From Prevotella sp. (GTDB lineage Bacteria > Bacteroidota > Bacteroidia > Bacteroidales > Bacteroidaceae): a stretch of 64,000 bases of DNA. The stretch lies in contig JAEEVT010000002.1 in assembly GCA_016291005.1 (NCBI GenBank), positions 6 to 64,005 of the forward strand, in the 5' to 3' direction. The notes beneath the pieces are model-generated. The model saw nothing but the letters and a program-made list of their open reading frames with translations. It was not told where the DNA came from and did not search any database. The position numbers were made by a program, and so were the translations under genes. Below are positions 42,188 through 51,642 of this stretch, one piece after another (position 1 is the stretch's first letter; every line of letters starts with the position of its first letter).

Positions 42188-43498
42188 ATGAACAAGAAAG
42201 AATCAATCATCTCGAAGGACGGCGTGAGCTACCTCGTGCCATTCATCCTCGTCACCTCGTGTTTCGCCCTCTGGGGCTTTGCCAACGACATCACCAACCC
42301 CATGGTGAAGGCTTTTTCCAAGATTTTCCGTATGAGCGTTACGGACGGCGCCCTGGTCCAGGTGGCCTTCTACGGCGGCTACTTTGCCATGGCCTTCCCC
42401 GCAGCCATGTTCATCCGTAAGTATTCTTACAAGGCTGGTGTGCTGATGGGTCTCGGACTCTATGCCGTGGGAGCACTGCTGTTCCTGCCGGCATCGTGGA
42501 CAGGTATGTACTATCCGTTCCTCGTGGCCTACTTCATCCTGACCTGCGGACTGTCGTTCCTCGAGACATCGTGTAATCCCTATATCCTCACCATGGGAAC
42601 GGAAGAGACGGCGACACGCCGCCTGAACATGGCACAATGCTTCAACCCCATGGGTTCGCTCTGTGGCATGTATGTCGCCATGAACTTCATCCAGGCCAAG
42701 CTCAACCCCGCCAGTACCGACGAGCGCGCCTTGTTGAGCGATGCCGAGTTCAGCGCCATGCGCGACAGCGACCTTTCAGTACTCATTGCCCCGTATCTGG
42801 CCATTGGCGCCGTTATTGCCATCATGTTTGCCGTCATTTGGTTTACCCGGATGCCCAAGAATGGCGACCAGAACCACAGCATCAACTTCCTGCCGACGCT
42901 GAAGCGCATCTTCTCCATCGACTACTATCGCGAGGGTGTCATCGCACAGTTCTTCTATGTCGGCGTACAGATTATGTGCTGGACGTTTATAATTCAATAT
43001 GGAACGCGCGTATTCATGAACGAAGGCATGGCCGAACAGGAAGCCGAAGTCTTGTCGCAGACGTATAACATTGTGGCCATGGCCATCTTCGTCTCCAGCC
43101 GATTCATCTGCACCTATTTCCTGAAGTTTATCAATGCCGGAGCCTTGTTGGGCATCCTGGCTGCCGTCGGCGCCTGTCTGACGCTGGGCGTCATCTTCCT
43201 CGACGGACGTCTCGGACTCTACTGCCTCGTAGCCATCTCTGCCTGCATGTCACTCATGTTCCCCACCATCTACGGCATTGCCCTGCAGGGTTTGGGCGAC
43301 GACGCGAAGTTTGGTGCTGCAGGTCTCATCATGGCCATCCTCGGCGGCAGTGTGCTGCCCCCGTTGCAGGCCACCATCATCGACCAGCACGAACTCCTCG
43401 GCATGCCTGCCGTCAACCTGTCGTTCGTCCTGCCGCTGATTTGTTTCCTGATCATCATCTCCTACGGCTACAGAACGTACAAGCGGACCCAGAAGTAA
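42188..43498 (+). CDS. fucP: L-fucose:H+ symporter-family MFS permease
   Basis: FALWGFAND, LETSCNPY, RRLNMAQCFNP, MSLMFPTIYG; substrate not established. Confidence 0.8.
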   Translation: MNKKESIISKDGVSYLVPFILVTSCFALWGFANDITNPMVKAFSKIFRMSVTDGALVQVAFYGGYFAMAFPAAMFIRKYSYKAGVLMGLGLYAVGALLFLPASWTGMYYPFLVAYFILTCGLSFLETSCNPYILTMGTEETATRRLNMAQCFNPMGSLCGMYVAMNFIQAKLNPASTDERALLSDAEFSAMRDSDLSVLIAPYLAIGAVIAIMFAVIWFTRMPKNGDQNHSINFLPTLKRIFSIDYYREGVIAQFFYVGVQIMCWTFIIQYGTRVFMNEGMAEQEAEVLSQTYNIVAMAIFVSSRFICTYFLKFINAGALLGILAAVGACLTLGVIFLDGRLGLYCLVAISACMSLMFPTIYGIALQGLGDDAKFGAAGLIMAILGGSVLPPLQATIIDQHELLGMPAVNLSFVLPLICFLIIISYGYRTYKRTQK

Positions 43499-43557
43499 CG
43501 GCCAAACATTTTGACGTTTTCTAATTTGTGTTGACAAATAGGGGACATTTCGATTTT

Positions 43558-43666
43558 AACCTAACAACCTACCATAGCGGCCTGGAATGCCGATGCACAG
43601 AGGGTTTATCGATGGTAGGTTTGTAGTCGGAGACCTACCATCCAACCTAACATCGAACCTAACATG
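43558..43666 (+). repeat. AACCTACCAT repeat element, copy R2
   Basis: About 7 mismatches in 109 bp versus R3. Confidence 0.9.
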
Positions 43667-43701
43667 ACTCTGGGTTTGCACCTACAATGTGACAACTGTC
43701 T

Positions 43702-45387
43702 ATGAATACACAATTAATTCCGATGATTCCCCAATTTGACATTAAGCACTATGTATTAGGCATTCTCCTGCTGGCGGTCCTGTTTGGCTGCACCACCGAG
43801 GCTGAGCGCAACCGGATGCGCGCCGGCCTCGACAGCATCAACGTGCTCAACCGCACCGACCAGCCCTTCACCCCCGACGATGTCCGCCCCTATGTCGACT
43901 TCTTCGACAAAGAGGCCAAAGCCTTTTTCACCCTCCTCTCGTCAGACTCCATCCATAACGACCAGCTGCTGGCCCACTATCTCCTCGGCCGCGCCTACCA
44001 CGAGAAGGGCGACGCCCCCATGGCCCTCGAAAGCTACCAGCACGCCATCGACCACGCCGACACCACCTCCGCCTCCTGCGACTATAAACAGCTCAGCCGC
44101 GTGTATGCCCAGATGGCAGATCTGTTCTATTTCCAAGGGCTATACAGGGAGCAAATGAAAAACACAAAGGCTTCTGTTTACTATGCGTGGAGCGGTAAAG
44201 ACACCCTAGCCGCCCTCATGAGCTATGAACAATTGTTTTTGTGTTATAACAGTTTAGGCCTGATTGATTCCGCAATATATGTAATTGAGGATGTTGCTCA
44301 TCGTTATGACAACCTTGGATATACCAACTATGCTGCTACTTCACTGGGGTTGATTATGAAGCCTCTTGTTGAAACGGGTGATTATATAAAAGCAAGGAAA
44401 TATATGCATAGATATGAGTCTGAAACTGGCCTTTTTGACTCATCGGGAAATATTGCAAAAGGACGTGAAGTATATTATAAGATAAAAGGCCTATATTATT
44501 TTTATAATAATGTATTAGACTCTGCTGAGTATTATTTTAGAAAAGAATTACATGACGGTAAAGATTTTCATAATCAGCATTCCGCAGCACAGGGATTGAT
44601 ACTGCTCTATCAAAAGTTAGACCGCATAGATTCGATAGCAAAATATTCATTGTATGCCTATGCCATGAATGATTCCTTAAATGCTCAGAATCAAGCCAAG
44701 GAACTAAAACGTATACAGTCAATGTACGACTATTCCTGCCATCAGGAAGAAGCTCGTAAAGAAAAGATAAAAGCGACCTTAGCGAATCAAAGACTTTTAG
44801 TGAGCCTTGTTATCCTATTAGTCATTTCCCTCGTTGCATCATGGCTTTATATTGCGCGAAAACAAGTTATGGAGAATCTCAGAAAATCGCAGATAGCACT
44901 TAATACCTATAGAGTTGAGTTAAGGTTACTTCAACAGGACAAGTCGGCAAGTGAGCAATGCATCTCTGAGAAAGAAAGGAGAATTAGGCAACTTGAACAG
45001 AAAATGGGCAGATACGCCAAACTGGTTTATTTTGGTTCTGAGGTTGCGGATAATAATCTGAAGATGTCGCCCAACTACCAAAAGGTTAAAGCAATGGCTT
45101 ATAAAGGGCAATCTCTTTCGGCAGAAGAATGGAAAATCATAGGCCAACTAATCGGTGAGTATTTCCCTGGGTGTTATGATTTCTTGCTATCTAAACTAAA
45201 GGCCGATTCGATAGAATATAAAATATGTCTCTTACTACGTTTGCACTTCAAGGCTGGTGACATCGCTAATATGTTGGGCTTTTCTTCTGCATATGTTTCC
45301 AAGGTTAGCAGTGAGATTCTCAAGAAAACATTCAACAAAAAAGGCAGTTCCAAGGAACTTTCAACAACATTATGCAAAATATTTTGA
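43702..45387 (+). CDS. Lipoprotein-TPR-TM-HTH (LuxR-like) membrane regulator
   Basis: Lipobox LFGC, TPRs (AHYLLGRAY, LSRVYAQMA), TM LLVSLVILLVISLVASWLYI, C-terminal ICLLLRLHFKAGDIANMLG. Confidence 0.82.
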   Translation: MNTQLIPMIPQFDIKHYVLGILLLAVLFGCTTEAERNRMRAGLDSINVLNRTDQPFTPDDVRPYVDFFDKEAKAFFTLLSSDSIHNDQLLAHYLLGRAYHEKGDAPMALESYQHAIDHADTTSASCDYKQLSRVYAQMADLFYFQGLYREQMKNTKASVYYAWSGKDTLAALMSYEQLFLCYNSLGLIDSAIYVIEDVAHRYDNLGYTNYAATSLGLIMKPLVETGDYIKARKYMHRYESETGLFDSSGNIAKGREVYYKIKGLYYFYNNVLDSAEYYFRKELHDGKDFHNQHSAAQGLILLYQKLDRIDSIAKYSLYAYAMNDSLNAQNQAKELKRIQSMYDYSCHQEEARKEKIKATLANQRLLVSLVILLVISLVASWLYIARKQVMENLRKSQIALNTYRVELRLLQQDKSASEQCISEKERRIRQLEQKMGRYAKLVYFGSEVADNNLKMSPNYQKVKAMAYKGQSLSAEEWKIIGQLIGEYFPGCYDFLLSKLKADSIEYKICLLLRLHFKAGDIANMLGFSSAYVSKVSSEILKKTFNKKGSSKELSTTLCKIF

Positions 45388-45549
45388 GAAGAAAACCATT
45401 GTACGCTATTCCCAAAATCGGGTCAATTATCTGATTTTCAAACAGGTATACGTGGTTAATTTTTAGTTAAATCTTGGACTTAATATTTCTTGCTTTCTTC
45501 ATCTTTTTCTCCTACTTTTGCAGGTGAATTATTTAATACATCAAAAGTT

Positions 45550-45906
45550 ATGAGAAAAAAGTTTTTATTTATATTGAGTGCTTTTATGTTAAGCACAAGT
45601 ATTTATGCTGCAAGAGAGATAATTCCTCTTTCTGCTAAAAATGATAATCTTAAGCCAATTGGAAATGGTTATCCTAAATCCCCCGTTCAGGTTCCCACGG
45701 TCTACATTGAGGACTACACGCTGACATTTGAGGCTTATCACCCTGACTACATTCTTAATATTAAGGATGAGGATGGTGATGTGGTATTTACTACGACGGT
45801 CTACTCTGCTCAGACGCAGGTTGTGCTGCCGTCTACTCTCTCCGGCGACTACGAAGTCGAGCTCGTCATGGGCAACTGGCTGTTTACTGGTTGGATTAAT
45901 CTGTAA
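45550..45906 (+). CDS. Small secreted DUF3244-like protein
   Basis: Signal peptide MRKKFLF...IYA, PKSP motif, Ig-like domain ending GDYEVELVMGNWLFTGWINL; -7 box TACTTTTG at 45513-45520. Confidence 0.75.
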   Translation: MRKKFLFILSAFMLSTSIYAAREIIPLSAKNDNLKPIGNGYPKSPVQVPTVYIEDYTLTFEAYHPDYILNIKDEDGDVVFTTTVYSAQTQVVLPSTLSGDYEVELVMGNWLFTGWINL

Positions 45907-45982
45907 ACTTATCATTCTACTTTTGAGGGTGTGCCAGTATTGGCGCATCCTCATTACAAAGAGTAATTAAAAACTTAAAATA

Positions 45983-47107
45983 ATGAAGAATAATATTTCA
46001 TTCTTGATATTGCTGCTTATGTCACCTGCTTTCACCTATGGACAGTTTAAAGTGTTAAGCAACGGCAGGATAACAGTGGAATCAACTGCAACTACACCAG
46101 CAGCAAGGATTAATATAGGGGAATCTCTTAATGCACATAACTATAACATGGGAGTTTCTTCCTGTTTGGTTCCTGAGAATACAGACTGGAATATTGGTGT
46201 TTTTGGATCGGCTGCCAAAACTCCAGCTGTTCAAGGGCGGACATGTGGCGTTATGGGATTGGCAGATAATGGTTCTCAAGGTGTGAACTATGGAGTATAC
46301 GGCATTATTGGAGGGCAAAAGAACGGTGCAGCAGTGCTGGGATCTATAGGAATTTTTAATGATATTCTTTGGCATAAATATGCCGGCTACTTTAACGGAA
46401 CGACACGCGTGGTTGGCAGTTTGACAGCAAACTCTTTTAACACCCCTTCAGACGGAGGACTCATTCTGAATGTCCAACCATTGACAGATAGGGGAAGTTC
46501 GTTGGATAAGGTTTTAAGAATGAACACCGTGTCTTTTAACTACAAGGGAAAGGAAACGGCCGATGTGGCAGATGATACTTCATTGCCTTTTGATACTGCT
46601 ACACCAGAAACCGATGTGTATGCCATACGCCATTATGGCCTAATAGCCCAGGAACTGCAAGACATCTGTCCGGAATTGGTCAATAAGGGTGAAGATGGCT
46701 ATTTAGAAGTGAATTATGTCGAGCTTATCCCTGTTCTGATAAGTTCCATACAGGAACTGAAGGCAAAAGTCGATATCTTAGAAGGATTATCGAATGCTTC
46801 AGTTGCCAAGTCTCCTATGACTACTGGTATTTCTGGAGCCGCAGTAAGCGATAATGTTCTCTATCAGAACACCCCCAACCCCTTCAAAGAGCAGACTGTC
46901 ATCCGTTTCCGTTTAGCTGACGATGCTCAGAATGCCGCCATCTGCATCTTCGATATGACAGGCAAGCAATTGAAAAGACTCCCCATTTCGTCGGGAATGG
47001 ACAGCGTCTCCGTCGGAGGCTACGAGCTTGGCCAAGGCATGTTCCTCTACTCTTTAGTCGTCAACGGTCAGGAGATTGACACGAAGAAGATGGTGATTTC
47101 AAAATAA
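45983..47107 (+). CDS. Secreted protein with Gly-rich beta repeats, S74 intramolecular-chaperone domain and T9SS C-terminal domain
   Basis: HYGLIAQELQDICPELV, VNYVELIPVLISSIQEL, LYQNTPNPF...DTKKMVISK. Confidence 0.85.
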   Translation: MKNNISFLILLLMSPAFTYGQFKVLSNGRITVESTATTPAARINIGESLNAHNYNMGVSSCLVPENTDWNIGVFGSAAKTPAVQGRTCGVMGLADNGSQGVNYGVYGIIGGQKNGAAVLGSIGIFNDILWHKYAGYFNGTTRVVGSLTANSFNTPSDGGLILNVQPLTDRGSSLDKVLRMNTVSFNYKGKETADVADDTSLPFDTATPETDVYAIRHYGLIAQELQDICPELVNKGEDGYLEVNYVELIPVLISSIQELKAKVDILEGLSNASVAKSPMTTGISGAAVSDNVLYQNTPNPFKEQTVIRFRLADDAQNAAICIFDMTGKQLKRLPISSGMDSVSVGGYELGQGMFLYSLVVNGQEIDTKKMVISK

Positions 47108-47202
47108 ATAGTTTTGTTAATTATCATAATAATCGTTAACGAAAACATGTTAATGTTTGGTTTGTTTCTATTTTTGTAAACAGTTAGCAACAAGAGAAAA
47201 AT

Positions 47203-49458
47203 ATGAAGACTATATATCAATTACTAATAATATCCTCACTCTTGTTCGTCAAGTATAGGGCATTTGGAGAAAGTGTTACCCAAAAAGTACACTTCTCTCA
47301 AACGGAACTTAGGTGCAACACTATAATGGGTGAAGACGGGCTGCTTTATAGTCTCTTGACATATCCAGGAACCGAGAACGACTATTATAATTTGGGGTAT
47401 CCCACACTTCCCGTTAAATATGTGACTATTCCTCTTCCATACACCGCCGATAACATTTCGTTAAACATACAACAATTTAATGTCACGTCTTCTGCTATAG
47501 GAAACAGGATATATCCCATCCAAGAGCTAGAAGTTACATCCCTCGAAAGTTTAAAGAAAGAATTCATTCCTTGTGATAGTCGTGTCTACGAATCCGCTGC
47601 ACCTTACCCTTCAGAACGGGTAAGAATTGCGGAAATCTCATGCGTTGGGCATGGAGACAGGCTTGTTGTTGTTGCGGTATATCCAGTAACTTACCGCCCA
47701 TTTGAAAACCAATATGAGTTTTCTGAGGAAATAGAGTTTACCCTGACATATAATCACTCCTCAAAAAGATCAGAGGTTTTGACTCGTAATACACGAACAA
47801 CAGATATAGGTATACCGTTTTATGAATATTGTATAATTACGAGTCAACCCCTAAAGGATGCTTTTACCCGTTTGGTTGCATGGAAACGGGAGAAAGGATT
47901 AAATGCTGGCGTCGTATGTAAGGAAGAAATACTCAATAATGCATATATTGTAGGAGACACTGTTTCTTCTATATATGATGATGCTGGTAAGATAAGACAA
48001 TACTTGCAATATGCATACGACTCGGGGGTAACAAAATATGTATTATTTGGAGGGAACGATAGTGTTTTACCTATAAGATATGGTACTGGCTATAACGATT
48101 ACTGGACTAAACCACAAACTCACATAATCCCCAATGATTATAAGATTCCATCGGATTTCTATTTTAGCGAATTAAATTCAAACTGGAATACGGATAATGA
48201 TATTTATTATGGAGAATATAGTGATAATCTGGACTATGGGTCGGAATTGTGCGTAGGACGTCTGTTGTGTACTAATTCTGAGGAAATACATAATTATACC
48301 GATAAACTCTTAAGATATGAAATGAATCCTGGAAATGGGGATTTCTCTTATCTCAAGAAGGCCTTATATACACAGTCTGACGAAATGCAAAACGGGCATG
48401 AACAAGACAGCATAGCGGCTCAACTTCAGTCTATTTTCCCTATAGATACGATTTTCTCTGAAGTGCCCTCTTATAATGATCCTACACCCACTGCGCCATA
48501 CGGGAATGAAGTTATTGCAGAGATGAATGAACACTATGGGTATGTGAGCTGGGGTGGACATGGTCATCCAAATGAAATAACGATGAAATCTAATGGATGT
48601 GCACAATCTTCTCATTATGCTATTACATCCGTTCAGGGTAATATTCCATATGTAGAACAAGAGACGGCAAACGGACTGGATAATCTTACAAACAAAGACT
48701 ATCCCATGTTCGCATATTCAATATCATGTACAATTACCCCCTTTGACACATTTAATGAATATACAGAGTTTCCAAACATGGGGCAATCTTTTACGTTAGG
48801 AAAGGACTATGGTGGCCCCGTGCTTGTTGGTAATACAAGATATGGATGGGTCGGATCTTCTGCGTACATGCAAAAAAAATTCAATGAAGGCCTATTCATT
48901 AACCCTATGGTAGGTTATGCGCAGAATTACGCGAAATTAAATTACCACTATCATTATTTACGCCATAGCTCAAACATAATAGGATGCCCCAATATCCGCA
49001 TTTGGACTGACATTCCCAAACTTTTTTCAGCAAGTATATCATATAACTCCAATAATTATATTATCTCAGCTAACAATTCTATTTCAAATGCAGAAATAGG
49101 CGTTCGGGATATTACACAAACAGATGAAAGAGTTGACACTATTAGTTTCAGCCCTTCTCAGGGGTCAAAGACTCTTGCAAATGTAGAAAACTGCCTTATT
49201 ACTTTAACTGGTAAGAATTGTCTGCCTCAGATAATGCCTTTGACTATTCAGAATGCGACACTTCATGGCAAACACCATGCTATCGTTAAGGACGTCGCTT
49301 GTGGAACGGATGTAAGGGCAGGAACCCAAGGGAATGTCATCTTTGAACAGGATTCAGACTATACTTTTGAAACAAAAGGGACATTTGAATTAACCAATGG
49401 CGTAGAAATAAAATTAGGAGCGCAATTGGAAGTAATACCATCAGAAATAAACTATTAA
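47203..49458 (+). CDS. C25 (gingipain-family) cysteine peptidase with propeptide
   Basis: PTLPVK propeptide, WKREKG, YVLFGG, SDFYF, VGRL, catalytic GHG and SISC. Confidence 0.85.
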   Translation: MKTIYQLLIISSLLFVKYRAFGESVTQKVHFSQTELRCNTIMGEDGLLYSLLTYPGTENDYYNLGYPTLPVKYVTIPLPYTADNISLNIQQFNVTSSAIGNRIYPIQELEVTSLESLKKEFIPCDSRVYESAAPYPSERVRIAEISCVGHGDRLVVVAVYPVTYRPFENQYEFSEEIEFTLTYNHSSKRSEVLTRNTRTTDIGIPFYEYCIITSQPLKDAFTRLVAWKREKGLNAGVVCKEEILNNAYIVGDTVSSIYDDAGKIRQYLQYAYDSGVTKYVLFGGNDSVLPIRYGTGYNDYWTKPQTHIIPNDYKIPSDFYFSELNSNWNTDNDIYYGEYSDNLDYGSELCVGRLLCTNSEEIHNYTDKLLRYEMNPGNGDFSYLKKALYTQSDEMQNGHEQDSIAAQLQSIFPIDTIFSEVPSYNDPTPTAPYGNEVIAEMNEHYGYVSWGGHGHPNEITMKSNGCAQSSHYAITSVQGNIPYVEQETANGLDNLTNKDYPMFAYSISCTITPFDTFNEYTEFPNMGQSFTLGKDYGGPVLVGNTRYGWVGSSAYMQKKFNEGLFINPMVGYAQNYAKLNYHYHYLRHSSNIIGCPNIRIWTDIPKLFSASISYNSNNYIISANNSISNAEIGVRDITQTDERVDTISFSPSQGSKTLANVENCLITLTGKNCLPQIMPLTIQNATLHGKHHAIVKDVACGTDVRAGTQGNVIFEQDSDYTFETKGTFELTNGVEIKLGAQLEVIPSEINY

Positions 49459-49469
49459 AAGAAACTATT

Positions 49470-50996
49470 ATGAAGAGATTTGTATCGTTTTTGTTCTTCT
49501 TGGCTGTGCAGACATTCCTTTTTGCCCAAGAGTATTACCCCGAAGGGACCAAATGGACGGAGATTAGGCTTGACACGCTGAAGTATGACAGCTGGTATTC
49601 GAAGGTCGGCGACGAATGGGTGCCGAACTTCGAGACTGTGGAGTACTATGTCCAAGGGGAATATGTAAAAAAGGAGTGGGATGATTCCAATATATTCAAA
49701 AGAGTATACACCAACGGCCCGGAATGGACAGACTCCCTCACGCTGTTGATAATAGAAGGTGAACAGGCGAGAGACGTTTATGGACAAAATTGTGTTTTGG
49801 TGTCAGTGCTAAACAATGCCACTGATGGACTTTATGCGCTCTGGCCAGGTGAGGCGTACCAGTTTGACTGGAGCGTAGGAAAAGAACTTTATTATCAGGA
49901 TATTACTATGTCAAATACGACAAGTATGTGGAAGCCTTATTTTTACTATGGCATAATAGATGAAATCAAGGAAGGATACTTTGGAGGTGTAAAACCGCTG
50001 AAGTACGTGGATTTAGACGGTAAGGCACCAGAAGATGAAACGGGTTTGAATAGAAATATTAGCACAAATGGCGGTCGTATCATTCAAGGAATAGGCATTA
50101 CGGAATGGAATGACGGAGAATGCCTGTTCGGACCACCAAACCCATATTTTGCTTCAACATGGGAAATGGGTAAACGTCATTACCGCTCCATGCTTGTTCA
50201 TTTTGAGCGCAACGGAGAGGTGCTTTATGACGTCTGGCCAGAGAAAAAGTCTGACGACGCAGTTGCGCAGGAGGCTGACATGTTTGTCGACAAGAGGAAG
50301 TCGTGGAGATGCCTGAATGAAATGCCGGGATGGGAGCCGGAAGTCCACATGTATGAGTTCTCCGGGGACGTAACGGCAAACGGCAAGACTTACTCCGAAC
50401 TGCTCATGGACGGCAGCCATCCTTATTTGTTACGGCAGGAGGGGAACAAGGTGTTTATGATTGACAATAATAGCCCCGAAGAGGTGTTACTTTATGACTT
50501 TGGGCTGGAAGTTGGGGACAAGTTCTCTTTTACAGGTAAGGAAAGTGAGAATCTGGTGGTAATGGACGTTGACTTCATTACGGTAGGCGACCGCGTCCGC
50601 CGCAGGATGATCTTTGCATGGGAACGGTACTTGCCTAAAGATTATGATGTGCAGTCACTCAGCAGCCAGGATTACTCCGCGATTGATTGTTGGGTTGAGG
50701 GCATAGGCAGCGTTTATAGTCCCGTAAGTCCGATGACACCATTCATGATAGGTGGCCGCTACCGTACTCAGAGCTGCTTACTGGATGGAAGCGTCATCTT
50801 CTCCTATTCCGACTTCGGCGTTGATTCGTATAATCCCCAAAACGGCTCATCTGTAGCTATCCCGACACAAACCGAAAACGTCCGTCAGCCCGTCTTCGAC
50901 CTCCAGGGCCGCAAACTGTTAAATAGTCAATGGTCAAATAGTCAAATCAGAAGGGGCCTCTACATCCAAAACGGACGTAAGGTCGTGGTGAAGTAA
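49470..50996 (+). CDS. Secreted two-module protein with Prevotella-type T9SS tail
   Basis: Signal peptide; modules containing IIQGIG and WVEGIG; tail FDLQGRK...RGLYIQNGRKVVVK. Confidence 0.8.
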   Translation: MKRFVSFLFFLAVQTFLFAQEYYPEGTKWTEIRLDTLKYDSWYSKVGDEWVPNFETVEYYVQGEYVKKEWDDSNIFKRVYTNGPEWTDSLTLLIIEGEQARDVYGQNCVLVSVLNNATDGLYALWPGEAYQFDWSVGKELYYQDITMSNTTSMWKPYFYYGIIDEIKEGYFGGVKPLKYVDLDGKAPEDETGLNRNISTNGGRIIQGIGITEWNDGECLFGPPNPYFASTWEMGKRHYRSMLVHFERNGEVLYDVWPEKKSDDAVAQEADMFVDKRKSWRCLNEMPGWEPEVHMYEFSGDVTANGKTYSELLMDGSHPYLLRQEGNKVFMIDNNSPEEVLLYDFGLEVGDKFSFTGKESENLVVMDVDFITVGDRVRRRMIFAWERYLPKDYDVQSLSSQDYSAIDCWVEGIGSVYSPVSPMTPFMIGGRYRTQSCLLDGSVIFSYSDFGVDSYNPQNGSSVAIPTQTENVRQPVFDLQGRKLLNSQWSNSQIRRGLYIQNGRKVVVK

Positions 50997-51032
50997 TATG
51001 AAGCGGAGCAAAATAGTGGGCATTTTGAAACC

Positions 51033-51141
51033 GACCTAACAACCTACCATAGCGGCCTGGAATGCCGATGCACACTGGGTTTGTCGATGGTAGGTTTGTT
51101 GTCGGAAACCTACCATCCAACCTACCATCGAACCTAACATG
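51033..51141 (+). repeat. AACCTACCAT repeat element, copy R3
   Basis: Near-identical direct copy of R2. Confidence 0.9.
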
Positions 51142-51210
51142 CTATAGGGACTCATGTTTAGGGTTCTAGTGTTTTTTGCCTCTTTGGGATAAAAAATAAT
51201 CAAAAAACTA

Positions 51211-51264
51211 TAGATATATCAAATAAAAGTTGTATATTTGCAGCGAAATTATTAGATATATCTA
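51211..51264. promoter_or_regulatory. Two palindromic operators flanking the hipBA -7 box
   Basis: TAGATATATCAA (51211), TATATTTG (51233), TAGATATATCTA (51253). Confidence 0.7.
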
Positions 51265-51267
51265 TTT

Positions 51268-51639
51268 ATGACGGACATTTATGCACTTTCAGACCCGGCT
51301 ATATTGGCCCAGATTGGCCAGAAGCTCAAGGAAGCCCGTATCGAGCAGAACATATCGCAGAAGTCATTGGCGGACAGCAGTGGCCTCTCAACCTTTTCCA
51401 TCAGTCAGATGGAGAATGGGCACAACACTTCCCTGCTCAGTCTTATCATGGTGTTGCGGGCTTTGAACCGTTTGGATGTTTTCGAGGGACTTTTCCGAGA
51501 AAAGCCTGTGAGTCCCGTAGCCCTCTCTAAGTACATGAAAAAGAATCCGCAAAGACAGCATGCCTACAGTATGAATCCTACTGCAGAGAAAGGTGGTGAG
51601 ATAACGAGCGATTTTAACTGGGACGAAGACAAACAATAA
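51268..51639 (+). CDS. XRE/HipB-like HTH antitoxin
   Basis: LKEARIEQNISQKSLADSSGLSTFSISQMENG; upstream of hipA. Confidence 0.85.
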   Translation: MTDIYALSDPAILAQIGQKLKEARIEQNISQKSLADSSGLSTFSISQMENGHNTSLLSLIMVLRALNRLDVFEGLFREKPVSPVALSKYMKKNPQRQHAYSMNPTAEKGGEITSDFNWDEDKQ

Positions 51640-51642
51640 TTT

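Noticed and set aside
42188-43498. Fucose utilisation locus
   Set aside because: Only the permease is present with no fucI/K/A, so the substrate cannot be inferred.
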